Part shown: piece by piece, positions 10,759 to 19,595 of the stretch
Layout of the letters: every line of letters starts with the position of its first letter
Position numbering within the stretch: the first letter of the stretch is position 1
From: Eubacteriales bacterium
GTDB taxonomy: Bacteria; Bacillota; Clostridia; Oscillospirales; CAG-382
Assembly: GCA_028702135.1 (NCBI GenBank)
Contig: JAQVPJ010000008.1
Coordinates: forward strand, 11,861-75,860
Direction: 5' to 3'
Length of the DNA: 64,000 nt
Program-made: the position numbers and the translations under genes
Notes under the pieces: model-generated
Told to the model about the DNA's origin: nothing
The model's input: the letters and a program-made list of their open reading frames with translations, nothing else
Database searches by the model: none

Positions 10759-12159
10759 TTAAAATTCGATCTTTTTCTCTATATATGCGGATACCTCTTC
10801 AATCGGCAGCCTTATCTGCTCCATCGTATCCCTTTCGCGTACCGTAACGCAATTATCCTCAACACTCTGAAAATCGTAGGTTATGCAGAAAGGTGTTCCT
10901 ATTTCATCCTCTCTGCGGTAACGCTTTCCGATAGAACCGGCATCATCATAATCTACCATAAACTTTTTTGAGAGCATCGTATAGATATCGGTCGCCTTTT
11001 CGCTGAGTTTTTTGGATAGCGGAAGCACCGCTGCCTTATATGGCGCAAGCACGGGATGCAGGTGCAGAACCGTTCTGATGTCCTCGGTGCCGTCTTTTCC
11101 GATATTCTCCTCATCATACGCATCGACTAACAAAGCGAGAGCAATCCTGTCGCACCCTAAAGAAGGCTCTATTACGTACGGAACATATTTTTCGTTTGTT
11201 TCCGGATCAAAATATGAAAGGTCCTCGCCGCTTCTTTCCTGATGAGCTTTTAAATCAAAGTCAGTCCTGTCGGCAATACCCCAGAGCTCTCCCCAGCCGA
11301 ACGGGAACAAAAACTCAAAATCGGTTGTCGCCTTGGAATAATGCGCCAGCTCGGCCTTTTCGTGATCCCTGAGTTTTAACGAGTCCTCGCGGATTCCGAT
11401 TTGTAACAGGAAATTCTTGCAATAATCCTTCCAATAATAAAACCATTCAAGGTCAGTTCCCGGCTTGCAGAAGAATTCAAGCTCCATCTGCTCAAACTCC
11501 CTTATGCGGAAGATAAAATTACCGGGAGTAATCTCGTTTCGAAAGGATTTTCCGACCTGAGCCACTCCGAACGGTATTTTCCTTCGGGTTGAACGCTGAA
11601 TGTTTTTAAAGTTTACGAAAATTCCTTGGGCGGTCTCCGGGCGGAGGTAAACCTCCGCCTGACTATCCTCTGTAACACCCTGATGTGTTTTGAACATCAT
11701 ATTGAACTTCCGGATTGGTGTAAAATCACTCTTTCCGCAACCGGTACAGGGAACACTTTTTTCCTTAATATATTCGGAAAGCTGTTCGTTTGTAAGCCCT
11801 TCAATCTTCATATCGATGCTGTTTTTTTTGTTATATTCTTCGATAATGTGATCTGCACGGTAACGCATTTTACAGGATTTGCAATCAATAAGCGGATCGT
11901 TGAAGTTCACAACGTGTCCCGACGCTACCCAAACCTCGCGGTTCATAAGGATAGCACTGTCGAGCCCGACGTTATAGGGGGATTCCTGAACAAACTTTTT
12001 AAGCCACGCTTTTTTTATGTTGTTCTTGAATTCCACGCCCAAAGGACCGTAATCCCAGGAATTTGCAAGCCCGCCGTATATTTCGCTCCCGCTGAATATA
12101 AAGCCCCTGTTTTTGCAAAAAGAAACGATTTTATCCATTGTTTTTTCCGTATTGTTCAT
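10759..12159 (-). CDS. glyQS: glycine--tRNA ligase (single-chain alpha2 type)
   Basis: 466 aa. N-terminus [34 protein letters not shown], typical of GlyQS. Confidence 0.96.
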   Translation of the reverse strand: MNNTEKTMDKIVSFCKNRGFIFSGSEIYGGLANSWDYGPLGVEFKNNIKKAWLKKFVQESPYNVGLDSAILMNREVWVASGHVVNFNDPLIDCKSCKMRYRADHIIEEYNKKNSIDMKIEGLTNEQLSEYIKEKSVPCTGCGKSDFTPIRKFNMMFKTHQGVTEDSQAEVYLRPETAQGIFVNFKNIQRSTRRKIPFGVAQVGKSFRNEITPGNFIFRIREFEQMELEFFCKPGTDLEWFYYWKDYCKNFLLQIGIREDSLKLRDHEKAELAHYSKATTDFEFLFPFGWGELWGIADRTDFDLKAHQERSGEDLSYFDPETNEKYVPYVIEPSLGCDRIALALLVDAYDEENIGKDGTEDIRTVLHLHPVLAPYKAAVLPLSKKLSEKATDIYTMLSKKFMVDYDDAGSIGKRYRREDEIGTPFCITYDFQSVEDNCVTVRERDTMEQIRLPIEEVSAYIEKKIEF

Positions 12160-12195
12160 GTGATGTAATTATCCTCTCTGTCGCTATATAATACT

Positions 12196-12223
12196 ATTAT
12201 ATACACTTTATCAGAAAAATCAA
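12196..12223 (-). promoter_or_regulatory. sigma-A type promoter for glyQS
   Basis: The minus strand reads TTGATT, a 16 nt spacer, then TATAAT. It lies about 37 nt upstream of the ATG, with an AGAGAGGA SD. This leaves no room for a T-box leader. Confidence 0.5.
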
Positions 12224-12277
12224 TAATCTGCATTTATATGCAGGTGGTTTGATTCTTCATCTGTGGTGAATAACAGG

Positions 12278-14482
12278 CTATTTTGTTTTTATCAGCTTGC
12301 TCATCTGCCTTTGTGCCATGACCAGCTTATAATATCTGCCTTTTGATCTCATAAGATTGTCATGAGTTCCGACCTCCTCGATCATTCCCTTTTCAAAAAC
12401 GACAAGCTTTGTAGCGTTTCTGAGCGTGGAAAGACGGTGAGCTATTGCGATTGTGGTTCTACCCTCCGTGAGCCTGTTAAGCGCGTCTTGAATCAGCTTC
12501 TCTGTTTCAGTATCAAGCGCAGCAGTCGCTTCGTCTAAAATAAGCACCTTGGGGTTTCTCAAAATCGCTCTTGCAATAGCAATCCTCTGCCGCTCGCCTC
12601 CGGAAAGAGTATGTCCCTTGTCGCCGACATAAGTATTGTAACCATCGGGCTGTTTCAGTATAAACTCATGTGCATTTGCAAGCTTTGCAGCTCTTATCAC
12701 CTCGTCACGCGTTGAGTCGGGCTTTGCATAGATAATATTACTGAAAATTGTTCCGTTGAAAAGGAAGGTCTCCTGAAGAACAACGCCCATCTGAGTACGC
12801 AGTGCATGCTGTGAATACTTCCTGATGTCGATACCATCGAAGAACAGGTTTCCGGCGGTCAGGTCGTAAAGCCTCATAATCAGATTAATCGCAGTCGTTT
12901 TACCCACTCCGCTTCGTCCGACAAGTCCGACCATTTCGCCGTTTTTTATTTCTAAATTGATATTCTTTAAAACATACTCATAGCTGTTATAACCAAAATA
13001 TGCGTTACTGAATTTAATATCGCCGTTTATTTCTGACATTATGGGCTTCTCGTCCTCGTTCATCTCACTCTTCTCGTCGATAATCTCAAAAACCTTTGCA
13101 ATGGATATCGCTGTGTTTTGAATCCTTCTCGGAATGTGAGCCATCCAGCGCATCGGACCGTATACCAATGCGACATAGGAGAGAAACTGCGTCAGCTCGC
13201 CCAGCGTCATACTTCCGGTTATAATCCGGGAGCCGATTATGTAGATTACAGCGTATTCGCCGATTCCCATTATGAATGTAGCAAAGGGAACTATCAGATT
13301 CCAGGTAAGCTCATTCTTTTGAGAGGTATCGGCTAATTTTCTCGCGGTGGTCCTGAACTTGTTTTCTTCCTTTTTTTCGGTTCCGAATACTTTTACGACA
13401 CGCATTCCCGAAAAAACATCATAAAGCAGGGTTCCCAAGTCACTCTCTGCCTGCCACTGACGATGATAAAGCTTATGAGTGAAATTCCTGATCACCGTGA
13501 ACATAATGAACATAATGGGGACCGGCAGCATGATAATAAGCGTCAGCTTCCAGTCGAGGGTAAGCAAAATAATTGTTACGCTGATAACAATCAATCCCTG
13601 CTGCAGCAGTTCGGGCAGGGTGCTTACAATGAAATCTTTTAAATTCTTTGTATCCCTTGTGATTCTTGTAATAAGCTCTCCGGAGGAACGCCTTGTTATC
13701 CCGGTAAGGGAGAGTTGCTGAATCTTTTCATACAGTATCTTACGCAGGTTTACGAGAATCGCATTGCTTGATTTTGTGTATATAATCCGCTGAATCATTA
13801 CCGATACAGATCTTGCAAAACCGAAGGCAGCCATTGCGATTACGACTCCCACGAAGCCCTTTGTCACGGGGTTCTCCACTATAAGATACTCGTTGATGAG
13901 TTTTTTGGTAAGCACAGGTATGTAAACGTTTATTGCGCTTATGATAATTAACATCAAAGTCGCAAACGAGAGCTGCTTTGCATACGGTTTTGCATAAGGC
14001 ATGAGCCGCAGGAAAAGGTGCTTTTTATCGATACATTCCAAGCATACTGTTGAACCCTGCTTTAGCATCTTTCCGCATTTCGGGCAGATTGTAAAATCGT
14101 TTCCGCCAACCCCTCTGCCCTCTTTTGCTGCCATCATTTTTTTGACCGCTATCTGCATTGCAACCGCGTTACGCATATCGGAGCGGCAAAGCTCGAAGTC
14201 CTCGCCGCTTTTTGTGTATTCGATTGCGACACAGCCGCTGTTGTTTATGTACCTGAATTCTGTTACATCGTCAATAGTGAGCTTTATTTCCGTATCGTTA
14301 TCTTTGTTTGAGTTTTCGATAACAATATAAACAAACCCTCCGTTTATAACGGCGGCGCCGTAAATGTACTCGTTTTTTTCGTAAAGGTTGAAGTCAAAGC
14401 TGTAATCAGCATTTCCACCCGCCGCAGACATTACCTTTTCACGTACCCTAATACGCCCGGGTGGTATAATTTTCTTTTTCAT
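12278..14482 (-). CDS. ABC exporter half-transporter (TMD-NBD) with an N-terminal cytoplasmic beta-rich domain and a 4-Cys zinc ribbon
   Basis: Walker A GRSGVGKT, signature LSGGERQR, Walker B VLILDEATAALD, H-loop AHRLST, and six TM helices. About 165 extra N-terminal residues include CPKCGKMLKQGSTVCLEC. The start is set at MKKKIIPPG (ATG 14482), which follows a GGAAAGG SD. Confidence 0.85.
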   Translation of the reverse strand: MKKKIIPPGRIRVREKVMSAAGGNADYSFDFNLYEKNEYIYGAAVINGGFVYIVIENSNKDNDTEIKLTIDDVTEFRYINNSGCVAIEYTKSGEDFELCRSDMRNAVAMQIAVKKMMAAKEGRGVGGNDFTICPKCGKMLKQGSTVCLECIDKKHLFLRLMPYAKPYAKQLSFATLMLIIISAINVYIPVLTKKLINEYLIVENPVTKGFVGVVIAMAAFGFARSVSVMIQRIIYTKSSNAILVNLRKILYEKIQQLSLTGITRRSSGELITRITRDTKNLKDFIVSTLPELLQQGLIVISVTIILLTLDWKLTLIIMLPVPIMFIMFTVIRNFTHKLYHRQWQAESDLGTLLYDVFSGMRVVKVFGTEKKEENKFRTTARKLADTSQKNELTWNLIVPFATFIMGIGEYAVIYIIGSRIITGSMTLGELTQFLSYVALVYGPMRWMAHIPRRIQNTAISIAKVFEIIDEKSEMNEDEKPIMSEINGDIKFSNAYFGYNSYEYVLKNINLEIKNGEMVGLVGRSGVGKTTAINLIMRLYDLTAGNLFFDGIDIRKYSQHALRTQMGVVLQETFLFNGTIFSNIIYAKPDSTRDEVIRAAKLANAHEFILKQPDGYNTYVGDKGHTLSGGERQRIAIARAILRNPKVLILDEATAALDTETEKLIQDALNRLTEGRTTIAIAHRLSTLRNATKLVVFEKGMIEEVGTHDNLMRSKGRYYKLVMAQRQMSKLIKTK

Positions 14483-14551
14483 AATGATAATAGTGCCTTT
14501 CCAAGATATCTGCATTATTATAACACGCTTAATAATGAGTAAAGCGTCGTT

Positions 14552-15112
14552 CTATAAGTATAGCTCTATCTTTCTGTAGCTCTTGCTGTCAAGTGCAAGA
14601 ACGTCTTTTATGCCAAAACGGTTTCCGTCAACGTCTGTCAGCACAAGCCTTGTGTCGCTCACACGAGCGATGTTACGGTAGGTATCGTGCATAGAAAAGC
14701 TCATTTTTCCTTTGTCTGTTTCTACCTCCCAATAGGAGTACCCGAGCTTTTCCTTTAAAGAAATCACCTTTGTAATTTCGGGACAGAGATATTTCCTTGC
14801 AAGAAATTCGTTGATAATATCAGCGTCCTCGCCGGAAAAATCTGTAATATTGCGTATGATACCGTACTCGTTGCCGTCCTTGTCGAGCACCGAAATAAAC
14901 TCATCGGGTGCATCAAACGGAAACATTCTGTGAAAATATACTCTTCCGAGATCCTGCCAGTCGGGGGTATTGTCCTGCCCCTCCGCCAAATCGTCCTTTT
15001 TTATTGGCGGCATAAAGGCTTTCATCGCAGCAAAGCCGTTTTTTGTTTTATACATCTTTGCGTTATCGGAGGTGAAGTACTTCAACTCCGCTAAATCTAA
15101 AAAGTTTTTCAT
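14552..15112 (-). CDS. DUF1854 domain protein (ABC-transporter-associated, function unknown)
   Basis: The C-terminal part (FHRMFPFD...YWEVETDKG...RFGIKDV) matches my memory of DUF1854, which typically sits beside paired ABC exporters. The start is set at MKNFLDL (ATG 15112), which follows an AAGGAG SD. Confidence 0.7.
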   Translation of the reverse strand: MKNFLDLAELKYFTSDNAKMYKTKNGFAAMKAFMPPIKKDDLAEGQDNTPDWQDLGRVYFHRMFPFDAPDEFISVLDKDGNEYGIIRNITDFSGEDADIINEFLARKYLCPEITKVISLKEKLGYSYWEVETDKGKMSFSMHDTYRNIARVSDTRLVLTDVDGNRFGIKDVLALDSKSYRKIELYL

Positions 15113-15159
15113 ATATTGCTTGCTCCTTATAAAAAGATTGCCTGAACGGAAAAGAGGCG

Positions 15160-17454
15160 TCAATCCTCTATTCCGATTGTTTTTAATGCATCTGCCTGCA
15201 ACTTATACAGATTATAATAAACGCCCTTCTTTTTAAGCAGTTCCTTGGCAGTTCCGCTTTCCGGCATTTTACCGTTCTCGATAACGATCAGATTATCCGC
15301 ATCCCTGAGGGTGGACAATCGGTGTGCTATTATGATTGTCGTTTTACCCTTTGTAAGACGGTTCAACGCCTCCTGTATCTGGCGTTCAGTCTGTGTATCC
15401 ATTGCAGCAGTCGCCTCGTCGAGTATAAGGATCTGCGGGTTTTTCAATATTGCTCTCGCAATCGATATCCTCTGACGCTCGCCACCCGAAAGCTCCTTAT
15501 TGCCAAAGCCGATCTGTGTATGATAGCCGTCGGGATATTTTACAATAAATGAATGTGCGCTCGCTATTACGGAGGCGGCAATGACCTGATCTTCGGTCGC
15601 TTCGGGGCAGGCGTACTTAATGTTTTCGAGGATAGAGCCCCTGAACAGGTAAGTTTCCTGCGATACGATTGCCACTGACCTGCGCAGTGTTTCAAAGGAA
15701 AGGTCCTTTATATTCACACCATCTATTAAAATCTCGCCGTCCTCGGTGTTGTAAAGCCGTGTAAGAAGATTCGCAAGTGTGCTCTTACCCGCACCGGTAT
15801 GTCCGACTATACCGAGAGTGCTTCCGGAAGGTACCTCAAAACTGATGTTGTCGATAACCTTACGGTTTTCGATATATGAAAAGGACACATTCCTGAATTC
15901 CACGTCACCTTTGACCTTGTCAAGCGTAACCGGGTTCTCACATTCCTTTACCTCCACATTGGCGTCGGTAATCTCAAACAATCTCTGAAGGGAGTTGAGG
16001 CATTCCGACCACCAGTTGGATACATCAGCGAGGAACTCTAAAGGCCCGTAAATAAGGCCGAAATAAGCTATAAAAGTGGCAAGCTTTGCATAGTCCATCC
16101 CGCCGGTTCCCTTCATTACCTGCCAGCCGCCAATACCCCATACTATGTACGATCCAATCTTTAGCAGAAAAAACAGCATGGGGAATATCTTTGCCGATTT
16201 TATTCCAATATCCGCATCCGCATCCGCAGAAAGCTTGCTTCTCTTGTCAAAGCGTTTCATTTCGTCGTCCTCTCTTGAAAAAGATTTGACGACACGCATT
16301 CCGTTAAGAACATCGGCAATTAGCGAATTGAAAGAACGCCTTCTCGACCATGACTTTGCATACATTTTATCGAATATCAGGAAAATGAATTTGAACGAAA
16401 TAAAAAAGATGGGAACCGTTACAAACGCATAAACGGTAAGGATAGGGTTTATGATAAACATTATTATCATAAATACTATCAACTGTACTATATTGAGCAC
16501 GAAATAAGGGAACCCGTCACAGAAAAACCAATATATCATTGTAGAATCGTTGTTAATCTGTGTCATAAGTCCGCCGGTTTGCCTGTTTGTGAAAAACGAG
16601 AGCGAAAGACGGCTCAAAGTCTCGAAAATATTTTTTCTGAGATCATATGTAACTTCAGCCGATACCTTTGCCGAAATTGCACCATTGAGCAGGCTTATAA
16701 GCAGCGAGGCCACCCTCACAGCTATCATTACGAGAATTATATTGAGAATTTTCCCGTAATACCTGCCGCCTTCTTTTAAAACGTCAGCATAAAATATCTG
16801 GTTGCTCACATAGGGTGTGATTGCTCCAAGCATCGAAATAAGAGACAAGGAAAGCAGAATAAGCAGTATGTACCTTTTGTAGTGCAAAAACAGTTTCGAG
16901 AGCTTTTTGATAAGTCTGACTTTATCCATGCACTTAGGACAGATTTTACGGTCCGGGTCAGGGTATCTTCTGCCGCATTTCGGGCAGGAGTTTTTCTCAT
17001 AATCGGAATCCTTAAGCTTTTCCTCATCGATTTTGCCGTCTTTTTTAAGGCTCTCTGCCGCACGGCAGAACAAACCGGCATCATGCTTATAGGTGCTTGA
17101 AAAGTTGAATATCAGAACAGGCTCGTTATCGCGTAATGCCGTAACCCGGCCTGTAGAAATAAGCTGTTCGACTTTGATTTCCTCTAACTCCGAGAGCATA
17201 AAGCGCTCGTAACGCGCTTCCACAAAACCCTCAGCGCGTACAGGGTTGCCGTCGGAGCGAATTCTTTCGTGCTTAAACACGACTGTTCCCTCCGCCACCG
17301 TTACATACTCGGTGTCGACGACAATATAAACATCCTTGTAAACCGAATCAGCACCGATATCGCTTTTCATCGTCATAAGTGCACCGAGCATATCGATACC
17401 CTTTGCGGTGAAATATTCGCTTATCGCTGCCGGGAATTTTTCTAAGTTAATCAT
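15160..17454 (-). CDS. ABC exporter half-transporter (TMD-NBD) with an N-terminal cytoplasmic beta-rich domain and a 4-Cys zinc ribbon
   Basis: Walker A GHTGAGKST, LSGGERQR, ILILDEATAAMD and AHRLST. About 185 extra N-terminal residues include CPKCGRRYPDPDRKICPKC. It is a paralogue of the 12278-14482 product. Confidence 0.85.
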   Translation of the reverse strand: MINLEKFPAAISEYFTAKGIDMLGALMTMKSDIGADSVYKDVYIVVDTEYVTVAEGTVVFKHERIRSDGNPVRAEGFVEARYERFMLSELEEIKVEQLISTGRVTALRDNEPVLIFNFSSTYKHDAGLFCRAAESLKKDGKIDEEKLKDSDYEKNSCPKCGRRYPDPDRKICPKCMDKVRLIKKLSKLFLHYKRYILLILLSLSLISMLGAITPYVSNQIFYADVLKEGGRYYGKILNIILVMIAVRVASLLISLLNGAISAKVSAEVTYDLRKNIFETLSRLSLSFFTNRQTGGLMTQINNDSTMIYWFFCDGFPYFVLNIVQLIVFMIIMFIINPILTVYAFVTVPIFFISFKFIFLIFDKMYAKSWSRRRSFNSLIADVLNGMRVVKSFSREDDEMKRFDKRSKLSADADADIGIKSAKIFPMLFFLLKIGSYIVWGIGGWQVMKGTGGMDYAKLATFIAYFGLIYGPLEFLADVSNWWSECLNSLQRLFEITDANVEVKECENPVTLDKVKGDVEFRNVSFSYIENRKVIDNISFEVPSGSTLGIVGHTGAGKSTLANLLTRLYNTEDGEILIDGVNIKDLSFETLRRSVAIVSQETYLFRGSILENIKYACPEATEDQVIAASVIASAHSFIVKYPDGYHTQIGFGNKELSGGERQRISIARAILKNPQILILDEATAAMDTQTERQIQEALNRLTKGKTTIIIAHRLSTLRDADNLIVIENGKMPESGTAKELLKKKGVYYNLYKLQADALKTIGIED

Positions 17455-17471
17455 AATCCCTCTGTTTTATC

Positions 17472-17505
17472 AAAAAACCTACGGATTCAATAGTTGCATG
17501 AATCC
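17472..17505 (-). terminator. terminator-like hairpin immediately upstream of the ABC operon SD (candidate attenuator)
   Basis: The minus strand reads GGATTCA, a 9 nt loop, TGAATCC, then GTAGG and TTTTTT. It ends about 12 nt before the AGAGGGA SD of the 15160-17454 gene. There is no room for a promoter between the hairpin and the gene. Confidence 0.35.
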
Positions 17506-17703
17506 TGTTGTTAGTCATTTTGAACTTAAATCTGTCAAAATGAAGCCCGAATGCCTCATCCGAGCATAAAAATATACCGGATTGAGCATTTCTCTCAAAT
17601 AAATGCTTCACCCGGTAAAATCAATTTATACGCATTTAGTTCTGCGATGAAAGAGGAATTTGCACTACATTCACTTATTAAAAATTTTCCTCACTTGAAA
17701 AAC

Positions 17704-17856
17704 TCAAAATAAATCGACTGCAGTGGGTTTGCCTCTTCGGGTTTTTGATTTATCGGGGAGCAATCTCTTCTGCCGTTTAAATCCCACAGCTGTATTAATA
17801 TGTAAATGTGCCGCGAACAAAAACATCCGAGCGCCGGAATCTATACGGTTAACCAT
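17704..17856 (-). CDS. hypothetical 50-aa basic protein (candidate small gene or leader ORF)
   Basis: The ATG at 17856 is preceded by GGAGGAG at 5 nt spacing (17862-17868). Product: MVNRIDSGARMFLFAAHLHINTAVGFKRQKRLLPDKSKTRRGKPTAVDLF. I recognise no homology, and the only support is the strong SD. Confidence 0.3.
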   Translation of the reverse strand: MVNRIDSGARMFLFAAHLHINTAVGFKRQKRLLPDKSKTRRGKPTAVDLF

Positions 17857-18083
17857 TGAAGCTCCTCCATTTCTTTTTATTTGCCGGGAACACCTGTATA
17901 AAAACAGATGTTTCTCAGGCCGTTCGCTAATTATACACCATAATTTTATAAAATACAATACATTTTTAAAAATTTTATAAGTTTTTTTATTAACGCTTCA
18001 GAAGGGCGTATTATACATAAAAATACTTATAAGTATTGAAAAAATAAATTTTTTATGATATTGTATAAAGGATTACTTCATCT

Positions 18084-18102
18084 ATTATCACATATTATCA
18101 CA
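18084..18102 (+). repeat. tandem direct repeat ATTATCACA-T-ATTATCACA upstream of hom
   Basis: Two exact 9-mers with a 10 nt period, about 10 nt upstream of the GGGGG SD of hom. Possible operator or overlapping -10 elements (TATTAT). Confidence 0.5.
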
Positions 18103-18124
18103 AAATTTTCGGGGGAAATAAAAA

Positions 18125-19210
18125 ATGTTTAATATTGCAATACTCGGGTTCGGTGTCATCGGCAACGGCGTTTATGAGGTTATTGAAGAAAACAAGGAGA
18201 GAATCTCCGCAGTCTTCGGTAGCTCGGTCGGTTATACCAGGGACACCTCGATTCGGATAAAACATATCCTCGATAAACGTGAGTTCTTAGGACACCCTCT
18301 TGAGCGAAGGATAACTAATGATTTCAACAAAATTCTTTCCGACAGCTCCGTTTCGGTTGTCGTTGAAACGTTGGGTGGCACCTCCCCGGCATTTGAGTTC
18401 AGTAAAGCGGCTCTTGAGGCGGGAAAGAGCGTTGTCACCTCAAATAAAGAGGTTGTTGACAAGTACGGCGATATACTTCTTGAAACCGCTGACAAGCACG
18501 GAGTAAGCTATCTTTATGAGGCGAGTGTCGGCGGAGGGATTCCGATAATCGGACCTCTCGAAAGCTGCTTCTATTCAAATAAAATAACAAGAATAGCCGG
18601 AATTCTCAACGGTACAACCAATTATATCCTCTCAAGAATGAAAGAGGCCGGGATATCCCTTGAGGATGCTTTATCCGAGGCGAAGGGGATGGGCTACACC
18701 GAAGCAAACCCCCACTCCGACCTTGCAGGCTTAGACAGTGCGAGAAAACTCGGAATACTTGCCGGCATAGCTTTCAACAGATACATCCCGCATGAAAAAA
18801 TCACGTTCGTTGAGGGAATCATGAACGTAAAGCAGGAGGATTTTGAGTTAGCCGCAAAATTAGGATATAATATCAAGCTCCTTGCGGTCGCTGAATTGAT
18901 CGACAGACGTGCAAAACTTCTCGTTGCTCCTCATCTCGTAAAAAAGGGAAGTCTGCTTTCTGCCGTCAACGGCGTATTCAATGCAGTTAGCATAACTGGG
19001 AGCACATTGGGTGAGGTCGTTTTCTACGGACAGGGCGCAGGCAGCATGCCTACCGCAAGCGCAGTCGTAAACGATGTCATCACAATCTTTAAATTCAAGC
19101 CTAAAGCGATATGCAGGCAAAACCTTGAGGATGGCTTTTTGCTCTCGGAAAGCGAGTTCGGCGACGTTCCGCTAACTTTATCCAACGGTTCAAGTTACCG
19201 GGTATTGTAA
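18125..19210 (+). CDS. hom: homoserine dehydrogenase (short form without an obvious C-terminal ACT domain)
   Basis: 361 aa with NAD-binding ILGFGVIGNGV, the catalytic region VTSNKE...YEASVGGGIPII, and LNGTTNYIL. Confidence 0.88.
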   Translation: MFNIAILGFGVIGNGVYEVIEENKERISAVFGSSVGYTRDTSIRIKHILDKREFLGHPLERRITNDFNKILSDSSVSVVVETLGGTSPAFEFSKAALEAGKSVVTSNKEVVDKYGDILLETADKHGVSYLYEASVGGGIPIIGPLESCFYSNKITRIAGILNGTTNYILSRMKEAGISLEDALSEAKGMGYTEANPHSDLAGLDSARKLGILAGIAFNRYIPHEKITFVEGIMNVKQEDFELAAKLGYNIKLLAVAELIDRRAKLLVAPHLVKKGSLLSAVNGVFNAVSITGSTLGEVVFYGQGAGSMPTASAVVNDVITIFKFKPKAICRQNLEDGFLLSESEFGDVPLTLSNGSSYRVL

Positions 19211-19367
19211 CAAATAATTATATTAATCTAACAGAGCTGTTATAACAACTTTAGTTACTTTGCTCATTATTTGGTGTTGGTTTCCTTTTTTCCGGAATAT
19301 ATATTGGTTTACAGGGCGAGAATATAAATAAAAAAACCGGGCAAATGCGTTGCTGCAATGCTCGATT

Positions 19368-19442
19368 TGGTGACCCGTAGGGGAGTCGAACCCCTGCCTC
19401 CGCCGTGAGAGGGCGGCGTCTTAGCCACTTGACTAACAGGCC
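19368..19442 (-). tRNA. tRNA-Glu (anticodon CUC), CCA encoded
   Basis: Cloverleaf folded by hand. Acceptor GGCCTGT/ACGGGTC with two G-U pairs. Anticodon stem CCGCC/GGCGG with loop CTCTCAC (U33, CTC, A37). T-arm AGGGG-TTCGACT-CCCCT. Discriminator A followed by CCA. Confidence 0.85.
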
Positions 19443-19463
19443 GTATTTTTCAGGACGGGTGTC

Positions 19464-19492
19464 ATTTTATCACAAACTTTTGCGGTTGTCAA
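19464..19492 (-). promoter_or_regulatory. sigma-A promoter for tRNA-Glu
   Basis: The minus strand reads TTGACA, a 17 nt spacer ending in TGA, then TAAAAT (an extended -10). The -10 lies about 20 nt upstream of the mature tRNA 5' end. Confidence 0.6.
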
Positions 19493-19595
19493 TACGCTTT
19501 TGTAAAAAGTAGATTGGTCTGAAAAAATAAATCGAACAGAAGGGCAGGTGCGAACCCGCGCGAGCCTACGTTCCACATTTTGCAGGCGAGGGCGT

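Noticed and set aside
17716-17745. The GGCAAACC string on the minus strand resembles part of the c-di-GMP-I (GEMM) riboswitch core.
   Set aside because: The second conserved element (ACGCAAAGC), the paired P1a/P1b hairpins and the GNRA tetraloop-receptor architecture are not present. It also lies inside the candidate 50-codon ORF.
17723-17980. An 85-aa plus-strand ORF, and the full 84-aa minus-strand ORF (17704-17958), in the hom / ABC intergenic region.
   Set aside because: The plus ORF has a GTG start, no SD, and a Cys/Arg/Phe-rich, non-protein-like composition. Of the minus ORF, only the 50-codon portion behind the GGAGGAG SD is kept, at low confidence.
19368-19442. On the first pass, the tRNA anticodon loop could be read as TCTCACG with anticodon UCA, which would make it a tRNA-Sec or opal suppressor.
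   Set aside because: Re-registering the stems gives a clean 5-bp anticodon stem (CCGCC/GGCGG) and the loop CTCTCAC, with U33 and A37 correctly placed and anticodon CUC. The short variable arm and 7-bp acceptor stem also rule out tRNA-Sec.
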